This document shows positions 1 to 8,920 of a stretch of DNA of 64,000 bases, in pieces (positions within the stretch are counted from its first letter, which is position 1; each line of letters begins with the position of its first letter). A model generated the notes under the pieces. The model saw nothing but the letters and a program-made list of their open reading frames with translations. It was not told the DNA's origin and made no database searches. Both the position numbers and the translations under genes were made by a program. Source of the DNA: Acidobacteriota bacterium (GTDB taxonomy: Bacteria; Acidobacteriota; Vicinamibacteria; Marinacidobacterales; Marinacidobacteraceae). The stretch spans positions 1,265 through 65,264 of the forward strand of contig JAPPGX010000016.1 in NCBI GenBank assembly GCA_028877265.1, given 5' to 3'.

Positions 1-913
1 CGTCGGCGGGCAGCCATTCCAGCCGACCCGGCCACCGGACCGCCGAGACCCCCTGCCGGACCCGAACCGGATCGGGGGTTCCAAGTCCCTCTCGGGCGAA
101 GAGCCGCTCCGCTCCCCGGACCGCGAGCGCCAGGTTGTCCAGTTGATGCCTGCCGGGAAGCGGCAGCCAGAGGTCGTCGTACGTCGCGACGGGGGTCGAA
201 ACGGTCCCGCCGGCGCCGGTTCGGTGGACCGTGCAATCCAGGGTCGTTTCCCGGGCCACGTCCCGGAAGCGGGCGCCGCGGTCCCGGGCGCTGGCCGCGA
301 GGACCTCGGCCGCCTCCGGGTCCTGCCGGGCGATCAGCAACTCTCCCCCCGGCCGCGCCACCGCCCCCTTTTCGCCGGCGATCTCGCGAACCGTCTTGCC
401 CAGATAGCGCTCGTGATCGAGGGCGATCCGGGTCACGAGCCCGAGCGGCGCGTCGGTCGCGGTCGTCGCGTCCCAGCGGCCGCCCATCCCGACCTCGAAG
501 ACCGCCGCGTCGACCTCGTGCCGGGCGAAGGCGAGGAAGGCGGCGCCCGTGATCGTCTCGAAGAACGACGGCTGCTGATCCGGAGGCAGGCGCTCGGCCG
601 CGCTGGCGATATCACCGATCAGGCTGGCGAACTCGTCCTCCGGAAGCTGGCGGCCGTTCACCAGGATCCGCTCCCCGATCGAAACGAGATGGGGCGAGGT
701 AAAGCGCCCCGTGCGAAGTCCGTGGGCCCGGAGGATCGAGTCCAGGATGGCGACGGTCGACCCCTTCCCGTTCGTTCCCGCGACCACCACCGACGGGAAC
801 CGGTGTTCGGGGTGGCCGAGCGCCCGGGCGAGCAGCCGGATGTTCCGGGTCCCCACCTTGACGTGGAACTGCTCGCGGCTCTTAAGGAAAGCGAGCGCCT
901 CCTCGTACTTCAT
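1..913 (-). CDS. folC: Folylpolyglutamate synthase / dihydrofolate synthase (FolC), 3'-truncated by the window edge
   Basis: Absent from the ORF track because it runs off the window. My reverse-strand translation from the ATG at 913 reads MKYEEALAFLKSREQFHVKVGTRNIRLLARALGHPEHRFPSVVVAGTNGKGSTVAILDSIL..., with a Mur-ligase-type P-loop (GTNGKGS). It lies 27 nt downstream of accD, the classic accD-folC arrangement. Confidence 0.8.
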   Translation of the reverse strand, partial: MKYEEALAFLKSREQFHVKVGTRNIRLLARALGHPEHRFPSVVVAGTNGKGSTVAILDSILRAHGLRTGRFTSPHLVSIGERILVNGRQLPEDEFASLIGDIASAAERLPPDQQPSFFETITGAAFLAFARHEVDAAVFEVGMGGRWDATTATDAPLGLVTRIALDHERYLGKTVREIAGEKGAVARPGGELLIARQDPEAAEVLAASARDRGARFRDVARETTLDCTVHRTGAGGTVSTPVATYDDLWLPLPGRHQLDNLALAVRGAERLFAREGLGTPDPVRVRQGVSAVRWPGRLEWLPAD

Positions 914-940
914 GAAGAGGTGCGGAAGGGACCGCCGGCT

Positions 941-1876
941 CTACCGGGCGGTGCGGACCAGCGCCGGCTCCGGTGCGGTCTGCACCGTGGCGGCGGCGTC
1001 CTTCTCCACCGAAGCCGCGGCTTCGGCGGGTTCGTACATGAATCGCAGGAAACCGCCCAACACACCCCGAAGGTCCCGCCGGTGGACCACCCGGTCGAGC
1101 ATCCCGTGGCGGAGCAGGAACTCGGAACGCTGGAAGCCGGGAGGCAGCTCGCCGCGGATCGTCTGCTGGATCACGCGGGGGCCGGCGAATCCGATCAGCG
1201 CTCCGGGCTCGGCAAGGTTCATGTCGCCGAGCATCGCGTAGCTGGCGGTGACACCCCCGGTCGTCGGATGGGTGAGCACCGAGATGTACGGCAGGCCCGC
1301 ATCGTCGAGCACCGCGAGCGCCGCTGAGATCTTGGCCATCTGCATCAGCGAGAGGGCGCCCTCCTGCATCCGGGCGCCGCCCGAACAGGAGACCACGATC
1401 AGCGGGATCCGGGCCTCGCAGGCCGCTTCCACCGCGCGGGTGATCTGCTCGCCCACCACGACGCCCATGCTGCCGCCGATGAAGGCGTACTCCATGACGG
1501 CGAGGACCACCGGCGTCCGCTCGATCTCGGCGCGCACCACGATGACGGCGTCGTCGAGGCCGGTCTTTTCGGCGCCCTTCCGGAGCCGGTCGGAATAGTC
1601 CACCCGGTCGCGGAAGCGGAGGGGATCGTTGGAGCGGATATCCGCGGAGATCTCCCGATAGACCCCCTCGTCAACCAGCATCTCGATGCGCTCGCGCGCG
1701 CCGAGCCGCAGGTGGAAGTCGCAGCGCGGACAGACCTCGAGGTTTTCCCGGAGGGCCCGTCCGTAGACGATCTCGGAACACCCCTCGCAGCGGACGAAGA
1801 GGCCCTGCGGCACCTGGGGCCCGGGGCGACTGTCTGCGCTGGCGCCGGGATTCCCGCGCCCTTCCGAGGTGGACAT
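941..1876 (-). CDS. accD: Acetyl-CoA carboxylase carboxyltransferase beta subunit
   Basis: 3' part of track ORF 941..2722(-). The real start is the ATG at 1876 (MSTSEGRG...). It has an N-terminal Cys4 zinc ribbon (CEGCSEIVY...CPRCDFH) followed by the carboxyltransferase core (VMEYAFIGGSMGVVVGE, SGGARMQEG). The upstream part of the long ORF is Arg/Pro junk overlapping the next gene. Confidence 0.93.
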   Translation of the reverse strand: MSTSEGRGNPGASADSRPGPQVPQGLFVRCEGCSEIVYGRALRENLEVCPRCDFHLRLGARERIEMLVDEGVYREISADIRSNDPLRFRDRVDYSDRLRKGAEKTGLDDAVIVVRAEIERTPVVLAVMEYAFIGGSMGVVVGEQITRAVEAACEARIPLIVVSCSGGARMQEGALSLMQMAKISAALAVLDDAGLPYISVLTHPTTGGVTASYAMLGDMNLAEPGALIGFAGPRVIQQTIRGELPPGFQRSEFLLRHGMLDRVVHRRDLRGVLGGFLRFMYEPAEAAASVEKDAAATVQTAPEPALVRTAR

Positions 1877-1989
1877 ATGAGCCGAGCATCCTAACAGAGG
1901 GGGCACGTCGCGGCCTGACGGGAGGGGGCGTCCGCCGGCGGGTGCCGGCGCCCGCGATCTCCGTGTTTCCGGGAGACTTGTCCGGGGGT

Positions 1990-2589
1990 TCAGTCGATAA
2001 AGAGGGGCACGATGGCGGCGACGAGCAACAGGCCCGTCGCGACGTTGAAGATCCGGAGCCGGTTGCGGTGCTTCAGGAGTCGCCCGATCCCGACTCCGAA
2101 GACGGTCCAGACGGAAGCGCAGGCGTAGTTCACCGAGACGAAGCTCAGGGTGATCGCGCCCACTTCGAGGAAGAGGTCTCCCTCGACGGTGGTAAAGGCG
2201 CTGACGGCCCCGACGGCAACCACCCACCCTTTGGGGTTGACCCACTGGAACGCCGCGGCCTGAAGGAAGGTGAACGGGCGGCCGGGGCGTTCCGTCGCCG
2301 GTCCGGTTCCGCTGGCCGTGGCGATCCTCCAGGCCATCCAGAGAATGGCCCCGGAGCCGGCGTACTTGAGGACGACGTGCACGGCGGGGACGGCCTCGAA
2401 GACGCCGCCGAGACCGAACCCCACCCCGGCCACCATCGCCGGATACCCGAGGCCGATGCCCAGGAGATGCGGGATCGTCCTCCGGTAGCCGAAGTTCGCC
2501 CCCGACGCCGTGACCATGACGTTGTTGGGTCCGGGCGTGATCGACATGGAGAAGGCGAAGAGCGCGACGGGGAGGATCAGGTCGAGCAT
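1990..2589 (-). CDS. LysE/RhtB-family amino-acid exporter
   Basis: 199 aa and multi-TM. The N-terminal SITPGPNN motif and overall pattern are typical of LysE/RhtB translocators. Confidence 0.8.
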   Translation of the reverse strand: MLDLILPVALFAFSMSITPGPNNVMVTASGANFGYRRTIPHLLGIGLGYPAMVAGVGFGLGGVFEAVPAVHVVLKYAGSGAILWMAWRIATASGTGPATERPGRPFTFLQAAAFQWVNPKGWVVAVGAVSAFTTVEGDLFLEVGAITLSFVSVNYACASVWTVFGVGIGRLLKHRNRLRIFNVATGLLLVAAIVPLFID

Positions 2590-2661
2590 GAGGGAAGGGG
2601 TGCGGGGGGAGTATCGGCGTTGCGGACCGTTTCGTCGTCAGGCGGAGGCGCGCTGCGCCGT

Positions 2662-2708
2662 GCGCGGCGCCGAGCGCCGCGCGTGCCGGTCTGAAGACCG
2701 GCGGTCCC
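2662..2708 (-). repeat. REP-like double-hairpin element, family 1, copy A (inverted relative to copies B and C)
   Basis: Contains the reverse complement of the 35-nt core GGGACCGCCGGTCTTCAGACCGGCACGCGCGGCGC (2674..2708). A second hairpin is GCGCGGCGC-cga-GCGCCGCGC (2662..2682). The same core occurs at 18062 and 51254. Confidence 0.75.
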
Positions 2709-2778
2709 AGCCGGGGCGCCACGCGGCGCGGCAGCGTTACGCACGTTGAGGCTCTGTGGGCCGCCTGCCGGCATTTCC

Positions 2779-2817
2779 GGGGGGAAAGTGTGAAAGGGGG
2801 GCGGGCCCCCCTTTCAC
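2779..2817. other. 23-nt perfect mirror repeat (G6-AAA-GTGTG-AAA-G6) fused to a perfect 12-bp hairpin
   Basis: 2779..2801 reads GGGGGGAAAGTGTGAAAGGGGGG and is mirror-symmetric. GTGAAAGGGGGG (2790..2801) pairs perfectly with CCCCCCTTTCAC (2806..2817) across a CGGG loop. It lies in the divergent lysE / acyl-CoA synthetase intergenic region. Confidence 0.7.
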
Positions 2818-3051
2818 AAGAATGACAGCGCGAATGGGGACTCGCCCGCGATTCCTGCTGACGCTTGGCGACCGCACGTGAACCGCGAGATGCGGCGAGT
2901 TTCCATTCGGAGGCGCGAAGCGCCGTTCGGAGGGGGAGTGGGGCGGATTCTGGATGCCGCTCGAATCCCGCGCAGTAGTCACACGCGTGCGCCCCACTCC
3001 CGCTCCGACCAGCGCGCGGTTGCGTAAGATCACCGGTTCGGAGGTGTTCCC

Positions 3052-4836
3052 ATGGAAGCGCAGACCCTCAACCAACTTTTCGCCGCCGCCTGTGCGCGGC
3101 ACAACAAGGAAGACGCCATCCTCCACAAGGAGAGCGGGGAGTGGAAGAAGTTCTCTTCGGCGGCCTGGCTCGACGCCGCGCGGGATGCGGCGGTCGGTCT
3201 GTCGCTGCGCGGAGTGCAGAAGGGAGACCGGGTGGTGCTCCTTTCGGAGAACCGGGTGGAGTGGTTCACCATCGAAGCGGGGCTCCAGATCCTGGGCGCC
3301 GTGACGGTCCCGATCTATCCCACCCTCACCGCACAGCAGGCCGCCTACATCATTCGGGACTCGGGCGCGAGGGTGGTGATCGCCTCCTCGGCGGAGCAGC
3401 AGGCCAAGATCGCGGCAGTCCGCGACTCGCTTTCCAGCGTCGAGATGGTCTTCACTCTCGACGCGCCGGTGGAGGGGTCGGGGGATCAGTCGTGGTCGAG
3501 GGTGACGGATGCCGGCAGGAGTTCGCGCGCGGTGGATTCCGGAGCGGCCGAGCGGCTCGCGGCGGCGGTTTCGGGTGACGACCTCGCCACCATCATCTAC
3601 ACCTCGGGGACCACCGGCAATCCGAAGGGGGTGATGCTGACCCAGGCGAACCTGGTGCAGAACACCCTCGTCGCCCACGAGGCGCTGACGCTGACGCCGG
3701 AGGATCGGGCGATCTCCGTGTTGCCCTACAGCCACGTGTTCGCCCGCATGGTGGCGCACTACCTGTATCCGCACGCCGGCGTCACGATCGCGATCGCCGA
3801 GAGCATGGACACCCTGGTCGAGAACATCGGGGAAGTCCATCCCACGGTGATGGCGTGCGTGCCCCGCTTCTACGAGAAGATGCGGGACAAGGTCCTCGAA
3901 TCGGCGGCCGCCGGGAGCCCCCTGAAGCAGAAGATCTTCAACTGGGCGTTTTCGGTCGGGTACGCGGTGGGTCAGCACCGCCAGGACGGCACCTCCGTGC
4001 CCGCGGGCCTGAAGTTCAAGTACGGACTGGCGACCAAGCTGGTCTTCAGCAAGCTCCACGCCCGGATGGGCGGGCGGATGGAGCTCTTCGTCTCCGGCGG
4101 AGCGGCGCTTCCCCGCGACGTCGCCGAGTTCTTCCTGGCCGCGGGGTGGGTGGTGATCGAGGGCTACGGACTGACGGAGACCTCACCGGTCATCACCGTG
4201 AACCGCCGGGAGCGCTTCCGGTTCGGAACGGTGGGGATTCCCGTGCGCGGCGTGGACGTCAAGATCGCCGACGACGGGGAGATCCTCTGCCGGGGCCACA
4301 ACGTGATGAAGGGGTACTTCGGCAACGAGGCGGCCACGGACGAGGCGATCGTGGACGGCTGGTTCCACACCGGCGACGTCGGCGCCTTCGACGAGGACGG
4401 TTTCCTGCGGATCACGGATCGGAAGAAGGATCTGCTCGTCACCGCCGGCGGCAAGAACGTCGCCCCGCAGCCGATCGAGGGAAGCCTCAAGTCGAGCGTC
4501 TACATCGCCGAACTGGTGATGGTCGGGGACGGCAAGCCCTACCTTTCGGCGCTGGTCGCGCCGGACTTCGAGCAGCTCGGGAGGTGGTGCGAGGGAGAAG
4601 GAATCCCGGCCGACAGCCCCGAGACGATGGCCGCCGACGAGCGCGTCCAGGCGCATCTGATGGCTGAGATCGGCCGGCTGAGCGAGGGACTCGCGTCCTT
4701 CGAGCAGGTCAAGAAGATCGCGGTGGTGACGGCGGCCTTCACGATCGAAAGTGGGGAGTTGACGCCCACCATGAAGGTGAAGCGCCGGGTGGTGGCGGAG
4801 CGGTACGCCGACCTCATCGAGTCGCTGTACGGCTGA
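3052..4836 (+). CDS. Long-chain acyl-CoA synthetase (AMP-forming, FadD-like)
   Basis: 594 aa. AMP-binding signature YTSGTTGNPKGVMLT, GYGLTE, and a C-terminal region like FACS-type ligases. GGAGGTG Shine-Dalgarno just upstream of the ATG. Confidence 0.88.
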   Translation: MEAQTLNQLFAAACARHNKEDAILHKESGEWKKFSSAAWLDAARDAAVGLSLRGVQKGDRVVLLSENRVEWFTIEAGLQILGAVTVPIYPTLTAQQAAYIIRDSGARVVIASSAEQQAKIAAVRDSLSSVEMVFTLDAPVEGSGDQSWSRVTDAGRSSRAVDSGAAERLAAAVSGDDLATIIYTSGTTGNPKGVMLTQANLVQNTLVAHEALTLTPEDRAISVLPYSHVFARMVAHYLYPHAGVTIAIAESMDTLVENIGEVHPTVMACVPRFYEKMRDKVLESAAAGSPLKQKIFNWAFSVGYAVGQHRQDGTSVPAGLKFKYGLATKLVFSKLHARMGGRMELFVSGGAALPRDVAEFFLAAGWVVIEGYGLTETSPVITVNRRERFRFGTVGIPVRGVDVKIADDGEILCRGHNVMKGYFGNEAATDEAIVDGWFHTGDVGAFDEDGFLRITDRKKDLLVTAGGKNVAPQPIEGSLKSSVYIAELVMVGDGKPYLSALVAPDFEQLGRWCEGEGIPADSPETMAADERVQAHLMAEIGRLSEGLASFEQVKKIAVVTAAFTIESGELTPTMKVKRRVVAERYADLIESLYG

Positions 4837-4855
4837 CGGTTCCGTCTGCGACCCG

Positions 4856-6346
4856 GTGACCGACCCTTTCGAGACCGTCATCGGGCTCGAGGTACACGTC
4901 CAGCTCGATACCCGGACGAAGCTCTTCTGCGGTTGCCGGAACGAGTTCGGTTCGCCGCCGAACACGCACCTCTGTCCGGTGTGCTACGGCCTCCCCGGAG
5001 CGCTTCCGGTGCCCAACCGGAGAGCGGTGGAACTCGCGGTGCTCGCGGGGCTCGCCCTCGACTGCGAAGTCAACGAGGAGTCGGTCTTCGAGCGGAAGCA
5101 CTACTTCTATCCGGATCTCCCCAAGGGCTACCAGATCACCCAGTACGAGTTTCCGCTGGCGGAGGCGGGGTCCGTCCGGGTCCGGCTGGATGCGGGGCCG
5201 GACGGTGAGCCGGTGGACCGCACGGTCGGCATCAACCGGATCCAGATCGAGGAGGACGCCGGCAAGCTGGTTCACGACGGGTTCCCGGGATCGGACAAGC
5301 GGAGCGGGGTGGACTTCAACCGCGCCGGCGTGCCGCTCATCGAGATCGTGAGCGACCCTGACATGCGTTCGGCGGCCGAGGCGGTCGCCTACGCCCGGGA
5401 GCTCAGGAGCCGGATCGTCTATTGCGGAGTGTCCGACGCCGACATGGAGAAGGGCAACCTGCGCATGGACGGCAACGTCTCGGTCCGGCGGCGGGGCGAC
5501 CCGAACTACGGGGTCAAGGTGGAGTTGAAGAACCTGAACTCGTTCCGGTTCCTCCAGCGGGCGCTCGAATACGAGGAACGGCGCCAGCGCGAAGTCCTGG
5601 TCGCCGGACGGAAGGTCGTTCAGGAAACCCGCCTCTACGACGAGGCGCGCGGAGTGACCGAGCCCATGCGGAGCAAGGAAGAAGCCGAGGACTACCGCTA
5701 CTTCCCGGATCCCGACCTTCCCCCGCTCCGGCTTCCGGACGGTCTGCTCGATGCGGCGCGGCGCGTGCTTCCCGAGTTCCCTGCCGCCCGCGCTGCCCGC
5801 TACCGGACCGGGCACGGAATTGCCGCTGACCAGGCCGAGCGGATCGCCGCGCGCCGGGAGCTGGCGGACTACTACGAGGCGACCGTGGCCGCGGCGGCGG
5901 GGGTCGGTTCCCCGGTCGGCGAGGCTGCCGCCGTGGCGGCGGGCTGGATCACCACCGAGGTCGCGTCACGGGAAAAGCTGGACGGACGGCTCACGGCGCC
6001 TCCGGAGCGGCTCGGCGAACTCGTACATCTCGTCGCGGCGAAGGAGTTGCCGCGAAACGCCGCGCGCGAGGTCTTCCAGGCGATGTGCGACACCGGACGC
6101 ACCGCCCGCGCACTCATGGCGGACCTTGGATTTGGCGAGCTGGCGGGCGAATCCCGGTTGGACGAGATCGCCACCCGGCTCGTCGCCGGGCACCCGGCGG
6201 ACCGGGACGCCTACCGGGCGGGCAAGAAGAAGGTGATCGGCTTTTTCGTGGGGCGGTTGATGCGCGAGCTCCGCGGCAAGGCGGATGCCCGCGAGGCCCG
6301 GGCCGCGCTCGAAAGAGCGCTCGACCCCGGCCCCGGAGAGTCCTGA
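4856..6346 (+). CDS. gatB: Asp-tRNA(Asn)/Glu-tRNA(Gln) amidotransferase subunit B
   Basis: 496 aa with a GTG start. Canonical GatB N-terminus FETVIGLEVHVQL...KLFCGC, NRAGVPLIEIVSDPD, and a YqeY-like C-terminal domain. Confidence 0.95.
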   Translation: MTDPFETVIGLEVHVQLDTRTKLFCGCRNEFGSPPNTHLCPVCYGLPGALPVPNRRAVELAVLAGLALDCEVNEESVFERKHYFYPDLPKGYQITQYEFPLAEAGSVRVRLDAGPDGEPVDRTVGINRIQIEEDAGKLVHDGFPGSDKRSGVDFNRAGVPLIEIVSDPDMRSAAEAVAYARELRSRIVYCGVSDADMEKGNLRMDGNVSVRRRGDPNYGVKVELKNLNSFRFLQRALEYEERRQREVLVAGRKVVQETRLYDEARGVTEPMRSKEEAEDYRYFPDPDLPPLRLPDGLLDAARRVLPEFPAARAARYRTGHGIAADQAERIAARRELADYYEATVAAAAGVGSPVGEAAAVAAGWITTEVASREKLDGRLTAPPERLGELVHLVAAKELPRNAAREVFQAMCDTGRTARALMADLGFGELAGESRLDEIATRLVAGHPADRDAYRAGKKKVIGFFVGRLMRELRGKADAREARAALERALDPGPGES

Positions 6347-6369
6347 TCGCTCCGCCCCACAGCGTCCGC

Positions 6370-7002
6370 GTGGTCGCCGTCGCCGGGTGGACGTGCACCG
6401 GGAAGACCCGTTTCGCGCGGGCGCTGGCGTCGCGGTTTGCCGCCTGGAAGGCGGTCGTGCTGTCGCAGGACGACTACTACCGGGACACCTCCCGTCTGTC
6501 CCGCGCCGAGCGCACGGACGTCAACTACGACGAGCCGGAGGCGTACGACCTCGATCGCTTCGCCGAGCACCTCGAGGCGCTCCGCGCCGGCGCCTCCGTG
6601 CCGCGCTTCGCCTACGACTTCCGCACCGGCGCACGCCGGGTGACCGGCTCCCTCGGTCCGACGCGGCTGGTGGTCGCGGAGGGAGTGTTTGCCCTTTGGG
6701 ATGCACGGGTCCGGGCGGCGGCGAACCTTCGCATCCTGCTGGAGGGCGACCTCGACGTGCTTCTCGCCCGGCGCATCGAACGGGATGGCGCCGAGCGCGC
6801 CTATACGCCGGCCGAAGTCCGGGAACGCTTCGAGAACATGGTGATCCCGGCGCAGCGGCGCTATCTCGGCGCCGCCGGGGAGGTCGCCGATCTCATCTTC
6901 CCCATGGATTGGGGTGATGAGTGCGTGGACCGGGCCGCGGCTTGCGTGACGGGGGATACTTCCGGCCTTCCCTCCGCCCCAACGAAAGGAACGAATCCGT
7001 GA
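6370..7002 (+). CDS. udk: Uridine/cytidine kinase-like nucleoside kinase
   Basis: 3' part of track ORF 6085..7002. P-loop VAGWTCTGKT, then SQDDYY and NYDEPEAYD, typical of Udk. The start is uncertain: I chose GTG 6370 because the frame upstream overlaps gatB. The stop overlaps the next start (GTGA). Confidence 0.7.
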   Translation: MVAVAGWTCTGKTRFARALASRFAAWKAVVLSQDDYYRDTSRLSRAERTDVNYDEPEAYDLDRFAEHLEALRAGASVPRFAYDFRTGARRVTGSLGPTRLVVAEGVFALWDARVRAAANLRILLEGDLDVLLARRIERDGAERAYTPAEVRERFENMVIPAQRRYLGAAGEVADLIFPMDWGDECVDRAAACVTGDTSGLPSAPTKGTNP

Positions 7003-7838
7003 CCTCTCCTCCCATCCTGCGGGTCGGGCACAGCCCCGACCCCGATGACGCCTTCATGTTCTGCGCCCTCGCGAAGGGCGCGGTGCGCATCCGCGACTAC
7101 CAGGTCGAGCACGTCCTCGAGGACATCGAAAGCCTGAACGACCGGGCGCTCGCCGGCGAACTGCCCATCACCGCGATCTCCGCGCACGCCTACCTCTCGG
7201 TGGCGGACCGCTACTGGATCATGGCGACCGGGGCCAGCATGGGAGAGGGATACGGGCCGGTGGTGGTGAGCCGGAAGGCTGGAAGCCTCGAGGACCTCGA
7301 GGGACGCCGGGTGGCCATCCCCGGCCCGCGGACCACGGCGGCGCTCCTCGCCCGCTGCTACATCGGAGAGTTCGAGCCGGTCGTCGTTCCCTTCGACCGG
7401 ATCTTCGAAGCGGTCGAAGCGGGCCAGGCCGAGGCCGGCGTCGTCATCCACGAGGGACAACTTACCTACGAGGCGCGCGGATTCCACCTGCTCTCGGATT
7501 TCGGGGTCCGTTTCGAGGACGAGCACGGGCTGCCCCTGCCGCTCGGACTCGACGTGGTGCGGCGTGACCTCGGGCGGGACCTGGCGGTCGAGGTGAACCG
7601 GGCGATGCGGGCGAGCATCGACTGGGCCTACGCCAACGAGGACGAAGCCCTCGACTACGCGCTCCTCTTCGGGCGCGGCCTCGAGCGCGAGCTGGGGCGG
7701 AAGTTCGTCAAGATGTACGTCTCGGCGCTAACCCGCGACATGGGGGACTCCGGGGAGGCCGCGCTCCGGGTGCTCTTCTCGATGGCCGAGCGCGCCGGGG
7801 TGGTCCCCGAAGCTCCCGATTTCGAACTGATCCGCTGA
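6999..7838 (+). CDS. MqnA/MqnD-family (periplasmic-binding-protein fold) menaquinone/futalosine-pathway protein
   Basis: LRVGHSPDPDDAFMFCAL N-terminal motif and overall length fit the MqnA/MqnD/SBP family. GTG 6999 is chosen as the start (4-nt overlap with udk). I cannot tell MqnA from MqnD by eye. Confidence 0.6.
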   Translation: MTSPPILRVGHSPDPDDAFMFCALAKGAVRIRDYQVEHVLEDIESLNDRALAGELPITAISAHAYLSVADRYWIMATGASMGEGYGPVVVSRKAGSLEDLEGRRVAIPGPRTTAALLARCYIGEFEPVVVPFDRIFEAVEAGQAEAGVVIHEGQLTYEARGFHLLSDFGVRFEDEHGLPLPLGLDVVRRDLGRDLAVEVNRAMRASIDWAYANEDEALDYALLFGRGLERELGRKFVKMYVSALTRDMGDSGEAALRVLFSMAERAGVVPEAPDFELIR

Positions 7839-7867
7839 CGTTCCCGCTCCGACTACCCTACGGCGTC

Positions 7868-8824
7868 ATGGATGGGGTCTTCGTCACACACCGCCCGCCG
7901 CTCCGCATCTCCGCCGCAGCCGTGGCGATCGCGGTCTCCTGGGCCGCGGCGCCCGAAGCGCTGGCCCAGGAAGAGCGCTCCGGCTTCTACCTGCGGGGGG
8001 ACCTGGGGGCGAATCTCGCGACCGGCGTCGTCCTGCTGGGCAAGAGCAACGACCGGGCGAGCCGGTGCGACGAGTTCATCAACCCGCGCTACGCCGAGAT
8101 CCCCGGCTGCACGGACCCGGACCGCGGCTCGGCCGCGGGCTGGCAGACGGCCTTCGATCCGGCTTATGGGACGCTTGCCGGTCTCGCGGTCGGCCACCGC
8201 ATCTCGGACTGGTTCCGGATGGAAGTCGAGACCTTCCACCGGGAGTCGGAATACGACCAGACGTCGCCCGTGGCAAGCGCTACCGGGGACACCGCCGGCA
8301 AGCTGGAGGGCGAGATCGTGCGCGCCGAGGACCGGATCGGCAGCGTGTCCTCCCGCAACGTCTTCCTGAACCTGGTCTTCGATCTGCCGGTGGACGGCAC
8401 GCTGAAGCCCTTCGCCGGATTGGGGGTGGGAGTCTCCTGGACCGAGCTGGACTACGGGGACCTGTGGGTGCGCAACGCCGACCCGGCGAAGATCGCGACC
8501 GCCGCCGGTCTGCCGAACGAGGAGGAGGTCCGCCGGAACCTCGCCGGCACGACCTCCAGCAAGCAGGGCGAGCTGAGCGACCGGCTCACGGCGTTTCAGG
8601 CCCTCGCCGGGGTGGATTGGGAGGTCAACGAAACCGCCTCCCTGGGGGTCCAGGCGCGCTATGTCCGTTCGGACCCCTTCGAGGACCGGACCGAGTGGGA
8701 GCGCCTGCGCAGCCACGCCTCGCAGCTCCGCCTCGACGGCAGCGAGCCGGTGACCTTCCGGATCCGGACGGAAGAGAACGTCGCCTACGCGGCGCTCACT
8801 TTCTTCCTGGAGCTCCGGTTCTGA
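7868..8824 (+). CDS. Outer-membrane beta-barrel protein (OmpA-like/OmpW-like porin family)
   Basis: Signal peptide (AAAVAIAVSWAAAPEALAQE), alternating beta-strand pattern, and a C-terminal ...FFLELRF ending in Phe as in OMP barrels. Confidence 0.6.
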   Translation: MDGVFVTHRPPLRISAAAVAIAVSWAAAPEALAQEERSGFYLRGDLGANLATGVVLLGKSNDRASRCDEFINPRYAEIPGCTDPDRGSAAGWQTAFDPAYGTLAGLAVGHRISDWFRMEVETFHRESEYDQTSPVASATGDTAGKLEGEIVRAEDRIGSVSSRNVFLNLVFDLPVDGTLKPFAGLGVGVSWTELDYGDLWVRNADPAKIATAAGLPNEEEVRRNLAGTTSSKQGELSDRLTAFQALAGVDWEVNETASLGVQARYVRSDPFEDRTEWERLRSHASQLRLDGSEPVTFRIRTEENVAYAALTFFLELRF

Positions 8825-8920
8825 GCGAATAGGCGTCGCGCCGCTGGCGCGAGGCGGATTTGCAGGGCGAGGCCCGGAGCCACAACATTGTCCTGGCCGG
8901 TTCCGCGGGCCGGCGTCGCT

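Noticed and set aside
143-1327. 394-aa plus-strand ORF at the window start.
   Set aside because: It is antisense to folC and accD, both of which translate into well-conserved sequences on the minus strand. The product is low-complexity and Arg/Gly/Pro-rich.
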